A stretch of 64,000 nt of DNA. It comes from SAR86 cluster bacterium (GTDB taxonomy: Bacteria > Pseudomonadota > Gammaproteobacteria > Magnimaribacterales > AG-339-G14). Positions 1 to 8,133 of this stretch are shown here, in pieces. Each line of letters begins with the position of its first letter. Position 1 is the first letter of the stretch. A model generated the notes under the pieces. The model did not search any database. It was given only the letters and a program-made list of their open reading frames with translations, and was not told where the DNA came from. The stretch covers positions 8,929 to 72,928 of the forward strand of contig JAOIHS010000006.1 of the NCBI GenBank assembly GCA_028135785.1, in the 5' to 3' direction. The translations under genes were made by a program, and so were the position numbers.

Positions 1-693
1 GCTGCGCAGGCTGGAGTCAAAAGAATAGTAGTAACGTCTTCGGTGGCAGCTATTCTCTATGGAACAGAAAAAGTAGAACAATTCACCGAAGCAGATTGGA
101 CAGATGTCGATCATAAATCGACGAATGCTTATGCAAAATCCAAAACTTATGCTGAAAAGGCCGCTTGGGAATTTATTGAAAACGATAACTCTGGCATGGA
201 ACTTGCCTGCGTGAATCCATCTTTAGTTTTAGGACCAATTTTAGAAGAAGATTTTGGAACCAGCGTTGGAATGATCGTTGAAATTATGAGCGGGAAATAT
301 CCTCTTGTTCCAGATATGGAGTTTGGTGTTGTTGACGTCAGAGACGTTGCAGCCTTAGAGATACTGGCTATGACTCATCCTGAAGCAGCTGGGAAAAGAT
401 TCATCTGTTCAGAAAGTAGCATGAAACTAAAAGATCAAACCGACTTTTTAAAAGAGTTATTGCCTGAATATAGAAAAAAAATGCCAAAAGGGATTGCGCC
501 TAGTTGGTTGATAAAAATCCTAGCTATTTTTCAACCGGCTTTAAAATCTGCAGCCTCAGAAGTTGGAAAAAATAGAGAACTTGATTCATCAAGAGCAAGA
601 AATCTATTAGGTTGGCAGCCAAGACCGGCAAAAGAAGCGCTTCAGGCTGCAGCAGAAAGTGTCGTTAAATTTGGGTTAGTAAAACCTGACTAA
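1..693 (+). CDS. NAD(P)-dependent epimerase/dehydratase-family extended SDR (dihydroflavonol/cinnamoyl-CoA reductase-like), 5' end cut by window edge
   Basis: Frame of ORF 43..693 stays open back to nt 1 (AAQAGVKRIVVTSSVAAILYG...). SDR catalytic YxxxK is present as Y-AKS-K (NAYAKSKTYAEKAAWEF). Confidence 0.6.
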   Translation, partial: AAQAGVKRIVVTSSVAAILYGTEKVEQFTEADWTDVDHKSTNAYAKSKTYAEKAAWEFIENDNSGMELACVNPSLVLGPILEEDFGTSVGMIVEIMSGKYPLVPDMEFGVVDVRDVAALEILAMTHPEAAGKRFICSESSMKLKDQTDFLKELLPEYRKKMPKGIAPSWLIKILAIFQPALKSAASEVGKNRELDSSRARNLLGWQPRPAKEALQAAAESVVKFGLVKPD

Positions 694-717
694 TTTCTTA
701 AAGATGTTGGTTGCGGA

Positions 718-1101
718 ATGAAACAATTTAAATCTGTTTATTTTATCTATGATGCCGATGGTGGCCTATGGAATGGAATCAAATATTGGATTAATAAAAA
801 TCTATTAAAAAAAAAGAGTGCATGTGAACTATGTGACATCTCGCATAGTAAATTCTTTGTAAGGTTTGAATGGTTAAAATTTATCAAAGAACTAAAACAA
901 CAATATAAAGTAAAAGTATTGCATCGCAATGAAATCCCTAAAAATATTCAAGATAAAAATTATCAATTCCCTTGTGTCATTGGCGAGACAGAGAATGAGT
1001 TGATAGAAATCTTTAGTAAGATTGCATTCATAGATTATGGAAATCCGACAAACGTCAAAGAATTAAAAGAACAGTTCTTTAAAAAGCTCACCAATCCTTG
1101 A
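718..1101 (+). CDS. hypothetical protein with one CxxC motif (C-ELC)
   Basis: 127-aa ORF. No family recognised; only the CELC motif stands out. Confidence 0.3.
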   Translation: MKQFKSVYFIYDADGGLWNGIKYWINKNLLKKKSACELCDISHSKFFVRFEWLKFIKELKQQYKVKVLHRNEIPKNIQDKNYQFPCVIGETENELIEIFSKIAFIDYGNPTNVKELKEQFFKKLTNP

Positions 1102-1223
1102 ACCCAATCCTGAATTTGATAAAGCTTTCCAACACCAATTTCTTTTACAGCTTTCGTAATCATAACGAAGCCACCATTTGGCAATTTAGCAGGAACCTCA
1201 TCAGCTAAAATAAAGCTTTAGGA

Positions 1224-1251
1224 TTTTAAAGATTGCCCAAAGATGTATAAT
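1224..1251 (+). promoter_or_regulatory. putative promoter of tRNA-Gly (weak -35 TTTTAA, consensus -10 TATAAT)
   Basis: TATAAT at 1246-1251 lies 20 nt upstream of the mature tRNA 5' end. A TTTTAA sits 16 nt upstream of it. Confidence 0.4.
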
Positions 1252-1270
1252 CGTCGCTCATTTAAGAAAA

Positions 1271-1346
<76 letters not shown>

Positions 1347-1347
1347 G

Positions 1348-2517
1348 ATGAATATGAGTATTTCAGAAGCATTATTAAAAAAACTCCAAGACGCAAATAT
1401 TCCGTTTGCCTCAGTTGCCGTCACCAATGAACAAGAAACTATTTTTAGCGAACATATTGGCACGCAAATTATTGGTGAAGAGAAAGCAGTAGATAGCTCC
1501 ACAATTTATCGAATTGCCTCGATGACTAAACCCATTGTTTCGTTAGCAGCATTATTATTAGTGCAAAAAGGCAGTCTGCGATTAGACGATTATGCTGAGG
1601 ATTACGCACCCGAATTAAAAGATCTAAAAGTAGCTAATTTGGTCGATGGCGAAATTTATTATGAAGACGCCAAAGAAAAAATTACCATTCACCACTTACT
1701 CGCTCACACTTCTGGTTTTGCCTATGATTTTCACGATCCAGCATTAACCAAATTACTGGCGGACGAAAAAATTGCACCACTAACTGATAAAGCAGGGGCT
1801 TTTATCAAGGTACCTTTGTCCTACCAACCTGGAACCAAATGGGAATACGGAGTTGGCTTGGATTGGATGGGAGTCATTATTGAGAAAATCAGTGGTCAAA
1901 GCTTGAATGCATTTATCAAAGAATCGATCTTCCAACCTCTGGGTATGAATAATTCGTCGTTTGATCCAGATGATCTAGGTAAAGAAAAATTAGCAGAGAT
2001 GCATCTCATGCAAGAGGCGGAATTCATTCGATCGACAGACTTATTTGATGACTCGGTGCAAGATTTTTACAGCGGCGGCGGCGGTATCCTTTCCACGGTA
2101 GAAGATTACTGTAAATTCATGAGAATTTTTCTTAACGATGGTCAGGTCAATGGCCAAGAATTTTTATCCAAAGAACTGCTTGAAAAAATGATGACCAATC
2201 AAGCCGGCGATTTGAATTACGACTTCCAACCGACTTTCAATCCGATCCTCGTTAAAGAAAATGAGTGGTTTCCAGAAATTAAAAAGAAATGGAGCTATGG
2301 ATTTTTGGTGAATTTAGAAGATATTCCAGAGCGAAGAAAAGCGGGCTCATTGGCTTGGTCGGGAATCTTCAATACTTATTTTTGGATAGATCCTAAATCA
2401 AAAATTGCTGGAACTGTGATGATGCAACTTTCCCCGCACTACGATGAGAAATGCAAAGGCATTTTAGAAGCTTTAGAAAAAACAGTTTACTTGGAATTGG
2501 ATTCGTTAAAGAGCTGA
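1348..2517 (+). CDS. serine hydrolase, beta-lactamase/esterase (class C-like) family
   Basis: SxxK active-site motif (IASMTKP) near the N-terminus. Overall beta-lactamase-fold pattern (HLLAHTSGF, WEYG, AWSG). Confidence 0.8.
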   Translation: MNMSISEALLKKLQDANIPFASVAVTNEQETIFSEHIGTQIIGEEKAVDSSTIYRIASMTKPIVSLAALLLVQKGSLRLDDYAEDYAPELKDLKVANLVDGEIYYEDAKEKITIHHLLAHTSGFAYDFHDPALTKLLADEKIAPLTDKAGAFIKVPLSYQPGTKWEYGVGLDWMGVIIEKISGQSLNAFIKESIFQPLGMNNSSFDPDDLGKEKLAEMHLMQEAEFIRSTDLFDDSVQDFYSGGGGILSTVEDYCKFMRIFLNDGQVNGQEFLSKELLEKMMTNQAGDLNYDFQPTFNPILVKENEWFPEIKKKWSYGFLVNLEDIPERRKAGSLAWSGIFNTYFWIDPKSKIAGTVMMQLSPHYDEKCKGILEALEKTVYLELDSLKS

Positions 2518-3155
2518 TCAGCCACATAAGGATTCGTTAACCGTTCCTGTCCAATCGTTGAAATGGGACCGTGCCCCGGAATAAAAGTAATATCATCGCC
2601 CAGCGGTAAAACCTTTTCTCTAATGGCTTTGATCAAGGCATCCATACTACCGCCCGGTAAATCAGTTCTACCTACCGATCCCTGAAACAAGACATCACCC
2701 ATAATGGCTAGTTTGGATTCTTTGTGATGGAAGATGACGTGACCTGGGGTATGCCCCGGGCAATGATAGACATCTAAAATTTCGCCATCCAATTCAATAG
2801 TATCGCCATCATTCAACCATCTATCTGGTGTGAAATTTTGCGCATCTGGAATGCCATAAGACTGACCTTGAGTGGCTAAAGTGGAAGTTAAAAATTCATC
2901 TTCAATTTGTGGACCTTCAATTTCCACATTTAATTTTTCAGCTAGTTCTTTTGCTCCAGCGGCATGATCCAAATGACCATGAGTAATGAATATTTTAGCT
3001 ACGGTTAGCTCGTGCTCTTTGATGAATTCTTCAATCAATTCTAAATCTCCGCCGGGATCGTTCACGGCAGCAATTTTGGTCTCTTCTTTCCAAATTACTG
3101 AGCAGTTTTGTTGAAACGGTGTCACCGTTATTATTGCAGCTTTTAGTATTGCCAT
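2487..3155 (-). CDS. MBL-fold metallo-hydrolase (glyoxalase II / YcbL-like)
   Basis: HxHxDH motif (THGHLDHAAG), plus downstream PGHTPGH and GD...GR motifs. Confidence 0.8.
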   Translation of the reverse strand: MAILKAAIITVTPFQQNCSVIWKEETKIAAVNDPGGDLELIEEFIKEHELTVAKIFITHGHLDHAAGAKELAEKLNVEIEGPQIEDEFLTSTLATQGQSYGIPDAQNFTPDRWLNDGDTIELDGEILDVYHCPGHTPGHVIFHHKESKLAIMGDVLFQGSVGRTDLPGGSMDALIKAIREKVLPLGDDITFIPGHGPISTIGQERLTNPYVADQLFNESNSK

Positions 3156-3184
3156 TGGTACCTCATTCTGTTTTATTATAGCTC

Positions 3185-4175
3185 ATGGAATTTCAAATCT
3201 TAGAAAGTAACGGCATAAAAATTAGAGCCGCGGTTGAAGGGGACGGTCCGTTAATCATTATGGTGCATGGTTGTCCAGAAAGCTGGTACAGCTGGCGTCA
3301 CCAAATATCAGTGATTGCAAATGCTGGCTACAAAGTTGCAGCCATAGATGTCAGAGGTTATGGTGGTTCAGATAAACCACACCCAATAGCAGCCTATACC
3401 CTGAAAAAATATCAGTGCCGATATAATGGGCGTTATTGGTGCATTGGGCTATGACGATGCTATTCTTTTTGGACATGATTGGGGTGGACCGATTGTGCAC
3501 AATACAGCTTTATTGAATGAATCAAAAATTACTGCCGTTGCAGGTCTATCAGTGCCTTATTTTCCTCGAGGCGATCTCTCAACGATAGAATTATTCAAGG
3601 CTATCTACGAAGGTAAGTTTTTCTATCAGTTATATTTTCAAGAAGAAGGGGTGGCCGAACAGGAATTTGAGGCAGATATTAGAAAGTATCTTGAATCTAC
3701 ATATTTTTCTATCGATGGTCGAGGCATGAAAGAACAATTTGAAAATCCATTGAATGCGATGGAAAAAAGTGTAGATTCAAAGTATCTAGATGGCGTTGTT
3801 GAATTTGATAACTATCCAGACTGGATCACCAAAGAAGAAATGGATTATTACATTGGTGAATTTGAGGGAAGCGGTATGAGAGGCCCATTGAATCGATACC
3901 GTGCTCAAGAAATCGATTTTGAAGACTTTGTAGAATTTAAAGATCAGAAATTAAAGCAACCAGCAGCTTTCATCACGGGTTCACTAGATCCAGTTAACTT
4001 TTTTGTTGGCTCTGGCTATAAAGATTCAATGGATTTAAAAAATCAAATCCAAGATCGTTACGAAAATTTACTAGCAGTTGAGCTGGTCGATGGAGTGGGT
4101 CATTGGGTGCAAGAAGAGAAACCTACAGAAGTTAATGAGTTTCTACTGAATTTCTTGGAAATAATTAAGCGCTAA
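3185..4175 (+). pseudogene. alpha/beta-hydrolase (epoxide hydrolase-like) gene interrupted by a frameshift in an A6 run
   Basis: ORF 3185..3454 carries HGCPESWYSWRHQ. ORF 3426..4175 carries the nucleophile motif GHDWGG. The two frames meet at CTGAAAAAAT (3401-3410); removing one A gives a continuous ...YTLKNISADIMGVIGALGYDDAILFGHDWGG. Confidence 0.7.
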
Positions 4176-5208
4176 CTCTTTCGGGAGCATATCGATCTAG
4201 ATTTTCTTCAAACTCACTAAGTCTTTTCCAAATACTTCGCAACTCCGTTATGGTCGTCCAGTTGAATAAAAATAGGGCAAAGCCACTATGGACTCGATCG
4301 AAAGCATTTGAAATTTGAATCACCACTCCAAGCATAGCTGCACCTGTGAATAGGCTTGGTCCTATTATTAAGAAAGGCACTATCACCATAAATTGACCAT
4401 AACTTTCTATCCAAATATCAAAGTAACCATAATGCATATAGAGTCTTTGATAATTGAATCTAATGCCAGTAAATAGATTCCATAATGTTTCAGGTTGAGC
4501 ATAATTTTCTTTATCGTCCTCACCCAAAACCAAGTCTTTTCTAAAAGCGGCTTCTACTTTCTGATTGTTGTATTCCAGTCCAGGTAGCCTCCAACCGACA
4601 AACCAAGATATAAAAAGGCCACCAATCGATACGGATAAAGCTGTCCAGACTAAAGAACCAGGGACATCGCTGAAGAATGGAATTGTGACTGATTCACTAA
4701 GAGCCCATAGAACAGGAACAAACGCGACCAAAGTCATAATTGCTCGCACAATTTGTAAGCCAAGCGTTTCTACTATTCTTGCAAATCTATTACAGTCTTC
4801 TTGAATACGCTGACTGGCTCCTTCTATCTCTTCTTCAACACTTCGCCATCGTGGAATGTAATTAAAAGTAATAGCCTGACGCCAGCGCAATCCATAAATT
4901 CTGGTAAACCAACCGGTAAAAGTAGCTAATATCACGTAAGGCATAGCGATGACCAAGAAACTAGGCGAGCCTTCGAAACCATTTGTGACATAAGAAGTAG
5001 AAATTAAATAATCATAAAAAATCTTAATGCCTTCTTCAGGATTGTCTGTAAATTCTCCAGCTTTTTGAAGGTGATCGTAAAAACCACCATACCAATTATT
5101 TATTTGTACGGTTAGTTGAACTTGAATCCAGAGCGAAGATATAAGAAGAGTTAGACCGCCATATGCCCAAACTGCCCAATCTCTGCTTTTATAAAATGCT
5201 CTTATCAT
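4165..5208 (-). CDS. SbmA/BacA-like family inner-membrane transporter
   Basis: N-terminal pattern ...VQINNWYGGFYDHLQ... matches the SbmA/BacA NAWYxxFYDLIQ region. Multiple TM helices, about 350 aa. Confidence 0.7.
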   Translation of the reverse strand: MIRAFYKSRDWAVWAYGGLTLLISSLWIQVQLTVQINNWYGGFYDHLQKAGEFTDNPEEGIKIFYDYLISTSYVTNGFEGSPSFLVIAMPYVILATFTGWFTRIYGLRWRQAITFNYIPRWRSVEEEIEGASQRIQEDCNRFARIVETLGLQIVRAIMTLVAFVPVLWALSESVTIPFFSDVPGSLVWTALSVSIGGLFISWFVGWRLPGLEYNNQKVEAAFRKDLVLGEDDKENYAQPETLWNLFTGIRFNYQRLYMHYGYFDIWIESYGQFMVIVPFLIIGPSLFTGAAMLGVVIQISNAFDRVHSGFALFLFNWTTITELRSIWKRLSEFEENLDRYAPERVSA

Positions 5209-5251
5209 TTAGTTTTAATTTAGAATTCCTTTAAAATATTATTATATCTTT

Positions 5252-6013
5252 ATGAGCCGTTCTAAACGTAAATTAAATAAAAAATCGAAACAACCTTTTA
5301 ATATAAATCGTAAAAGTTTATTAGGAATTTTAAGTATGACTTTTCAAGAAATAATGGACACCCTTTTAACTAAATCAAAAATAAAAAAACCTAAAGAGCA
5401 GGAAGTCCTTGAGTTAGTGAAAAGAAAAGCTAAAAAAGGCAATACTGATTCTATCCTGAAGATTATTGACAATTACGCTTATAAGAAGACTTTTTTAATG
5501 AATATTGGTGACAAGAAGGGGTTGCTTTTAGAAGAAGCTATTAAAGACTCAAATGCTATAAATGTTTTAGAGTTGGGAGTCTACTTAGGTTACTCATCCA
5601 TTAGGATCTTAAGATCTCTTTCAACTGAAGGAAAGTTAACCTCCATTGAGGCAAATGAAGATTTTGCAGAAATTGCTAAACAACATATTGAAATTGCCGA
5701 CCTTTCAAAACAGCATGAAATAAAAATAGGACGTTCGAACGAATTGATACCGCAATTAGATAGTGCTTATGATTTTGTTTTCATTGACCACTGGAAAGAT
5801 CTCTATCTTAGCGATTTAAAATTATTAGAGGCATCAGGATTACTCAAAAAAGGAGCTTGGATTTTTGCCGATAATGTAGTTTTATTTAATTTAGAAGATT
5901 ATCTTGATTATGTTAGAACTTCAGATCAATTTGATAGTAAATTTACTCCTGCACTAAGAGAATATTCGTCATCTCAACCAGACGGAGTTGAGATTTCTAT
6001 TTATAACTCATGA
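5252..6013 (+). CDS. catechol O-methyltransferase-like class I SAM methyltransferase (animal COMT-type)
   Basis: Collinear with vertebrate COMT motifs: KEQxxL, MNIGDKKG, ELGVYLGYS, IPQL, DHWKDLYLxDxxLLExxGLLKKG, ADNV. The true start may be the internal ATG at 5336 (AGGA 9 nt upstream). Confidence 0.8.
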   Translation: MSRSKRKLNKKSKQPFNINRKSLLGILSMTFQEIMDTLLTKSKIKKPKEQEVLELVKRKAKKGNTDSILKIIDNYAYKKTFLMNIGDKKGLLLEEAIKDSNAINVLELGVYLGYSSIRILRSLSTEGKLTSIEANEDFAEIAKQHIEIADLSKQHEIKIGRSNELIPQLDSAYDFVFIDHWKDLYLSDLKLLEASGLLKKGAWIFADNVVLFNLEDYLDYVRTSDQFDSKFTPALREYSSSQPDGVEISIYNS

Positions 6014-6234
6014 AATTTAATACATTAGATCTGCACGGTAAGCGCCATCATGAAGTGGATTTGGTTGTAGAAAACTTTGTGTATTTAAATCAGGATGATT
6101 GTCCGTTACTAATTATCTGCGGCAATAGTCAAAAAATGATTTCAATAGTCTTGAAAGTTTTGGATAGAGTAGAATGTGTTTATGAAGATGGAAAGGGGCA
6201 TAACTACGGAACAGTTATCGTAAGAAAAGTTTAA
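6010..6234 (+). CDS. small Smr-like domain protein (degenerate)
   Basis: 74 aa beginning with the Smr hallmark LDLHG. The later HGxG position reads ICGNS. ATGA start/stop overlap with the upstream methyltransferase. Confidence 0.45.
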   Translation: MKFNTLDLHGKRHHEVDLVVENFVYLNQDDCPLLIICGNSQKMISIVLKVLDRVECVYEDGKGHNYGTVIVRKV

Positions 6235-6570
6235 ATGAATATTAAAAATGCTTTAGCTATAAATTCAGAAGGACTTTTTATCGAATCTTTTTCTGAAAAT
6301 ATAGATGTTAAAGAATTTATGTTGATTGATTTAAATTGTTTAAAAGGACTTTTTACGAACATTTTATCAATCAAAAATAATTCTTTTTTGTTTTTATTAA
6401 AAGTAATCTTTAAGTCAACTTACTGTCGATCAACTTCTTCACTTGCATCATTCTTAAATTTATCTATATTTGATGTATATAAATCCTTGGAAGAAATTTC
6501 TCAAAGATCAGATTTCGAAATTGATCCTAAGAATTTAAACATTATTCTTTTACTAACAATCTTGAAATAA
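6235..6570 (+). CDS. hypothetical protein
   Basis: A 111-codon open frame in a very AT-rich stretch, where stops are expected often. Starts 1 nt after the Smr stop and ends 1 nt before the next gene. No family recognised. Confidence 0.3.
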   Translation: MNIKNALAINSEGLFIESFSENIDVKEFMLIDLNCLKGLFTNILSIKNNSFLFLLKVIFKSTYCRSTSSLASFLNLSIFDVYKSLEEISQRSDFEIDPKNLNIILLLTILK

Positions 6571-6571
6571 T

Positions 6572-7909
6572 ATGAACAACTTAGATTTAGTGCTCAAAAA
6601 CTGCCTTTTAGTAAACGAAGGTAAACAAACTCCGGTTGATATTGGCATAAAAGGTGATCGCATTGAAAAAATTGCAAGTGAGATCACTGAAGATTCTAAT
6701 GAAACTTTAGATCTTAAAGGTAGATATATTGCTCCAGGGATTATTGATGATCAAGTCCACTTTAGAGATCCTGGATTAACCGAAAAAGGGGATATTCGGT
6801 CAGAATCTTTTGCAGCAATTCATGCAGGAGTAACTTCTACTTTTGATATGCCTAATGTTAATCCAAACACAACAACAGCAGAATTACTGGTCAAAAGAAA
6901 TCAACTTGGCGCTGAAAAATCGTGGACAAATTACACTTATTATTTTGGTGCTACTGAAACTAATTTAGAGGAAATAAGAAAATTAGATCCAAAAGAAACT
7001 TGCGGCTTAAAAGTTTTTATGGGAACTTCAACGGGGACTTTACTAGTCGAAGATGATCATGCTTTGGATCAAATTTTTGAACATTGTCCAGTGACCATAG
7101 TTACTCATTGTGAAGATAACGAAACAATCAGAGCTAATTTGGAGAGAATAAATCCTGAAAACAAACAACTCGATGCAAGTTTTCATCCAATTTTAAGAGA
7201 TGATTTGTGTTGCTATCGCTCGTCTTCAAAAGTTATTGACCTCGCTAAAAAACATTCTTCTGATTTGCATGTTTTGCATCTTACAACTGAAAAAGAAATT
7301 GAATTATTTAATAACAATTCCGTGAAAGATAAAAAAATTACATGCGAAGTGTGCATTCATCATCTTTGGTTTGATGAAAGAGATTATGCTAAGCAAGGAA
7401 ATTATATTGTCTGCAATCCAGCAATAAAAAAAGAATCTGATAGAAATGCTTTGCGAAAAGCTTTAAAAGATGGATACATTGATTATGTTGCAACAGATCA
7501 TGCACCACATGTTTTTGAAGATAAAAAACTTCCTTATTCTAAAGCTCCTGCTGGTATTCCTTTGATTGAACACTCTTTTCATATGATGATCGAACTTCAT
7601 AAACAAGGGATTTACACTCTTGAAGAGGTCATTTCATACATGAGTCACAAAGTTGCAGATCGCTTCTCAATTCAAGATCGAGGTTATATTAGAGAAGGTT
7701 ATAAAGCAGACTTTATGATTTTTGATTTAGATAAAGCAACTCCTGTTTCTAACGAAACAGAATTGACTAAATGCGGATGGACTCCATTTGATGGTCAAAC
7801 TTTTAGTTCTTCAATATATGGAACCATAATTAATGGAAAGCCTATGGTCATTGACGGAAAAATCGTAGCTGAAAGCCCTTTTGCTGAAAAGCTTTTATTT
7901 GATAGGTAA
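6572..7909 (+). CDS. dihydroorotase-like cyclic amidohydrolase
   Basis: Amidohydrolase motifs DDQVHFRDPG, GLKVFMG, VTHCED, LHVLHLTT, ATDHAPH. The first His of the usual HxH is Gln. Confidence 0.7.
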   Translation: MNNLDLVLKNCLLVNEGKQTPVDIGIKGDRIEKIASEITEDSNETLDLKGRYIAPGIIDDQVHFRDPGLTEKGDIRSESFAAIHAGVTSTFDMPNVNPNTTTAELLVKRNQLGAEKSWTNYTYYFGATETNLEEIRKLDPKETCGLKVFMGTSTGTLLVEDDHALDQIFEHCPVTIVTHCEDNETIRANLERINPENKQLDASFHPILRDDLCCYRSSSKVIDLAKKHSSDLHVLHLTTEKEIELFNNNSVKDKKITCEVCIHHLWFDERDYAKQGNYIVCNPAIKKESDRNALRKALKDGYIDYVATDHAPHVFEDKKLPYSKAPAGIPLIEHSFHMMIELHKQGIYTLEEVISYMSHKVADRFSIQDRGYIREGYKADFMIFDLDKATPVSNETELTKCGWTPFDGQTFSSSIYGTIINGKPMVIDGKIVAESPFAEKLLFDR

Positions 7910-7910
7910 T

Positions 7911-8099
7911 TTATTCTATTTCTTTAACTAAAGGCTCGCTGTAGAGGGAGTCTCTGGTTTCTTGTTCGATCTGTGCTCGATACTCAGAACCTTGGATAAA
8001 GAACCCAAGAAATGCTAAAACTACTGTTAAGATCGCTATGACAACAAAAAAAATTGTTATGTTTTTGGCTATCTGAGAATCGCTAATATCATTTGACAT
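7911..8099 (-). CDS. small single-pass membrane protein, hypothetical
   Basis: 62-aa ORF with one hydrophobic helix (ITIFFVVIAILTVVLAFLGFFI). Confidence 0.3.
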   Translation of the reverse strand: MSNDISDSQIAKNITIFFVVIAILTVVLAFLGFFIQGSEYRAQIEQETRDSLYSEPLVKEIE

Positions 8100-8133
8100 G
8101 CGCCTATAATACTTAAGTAATTATAAAAAAAAA

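Noticed and set aside
1102-1215. Minus-strand open frame (..LADEVPAKLPNGGFVMITKAVKEIGVGKLYQIQDWV..) as a gene remnant
   Set aside because: It is short, has no convincing start and no recognisable family, and partly overlaps the 3' end of ORF 718..1101. Evidence is insufficient.
3185-4175. Two separate small hydrolase genes (3185..3454 and 3426..4175)
   Set aside because: Together they form one collinear alpha/beta hydrolase, and neither half is a complete fold. They are called as one frameshifted gene.
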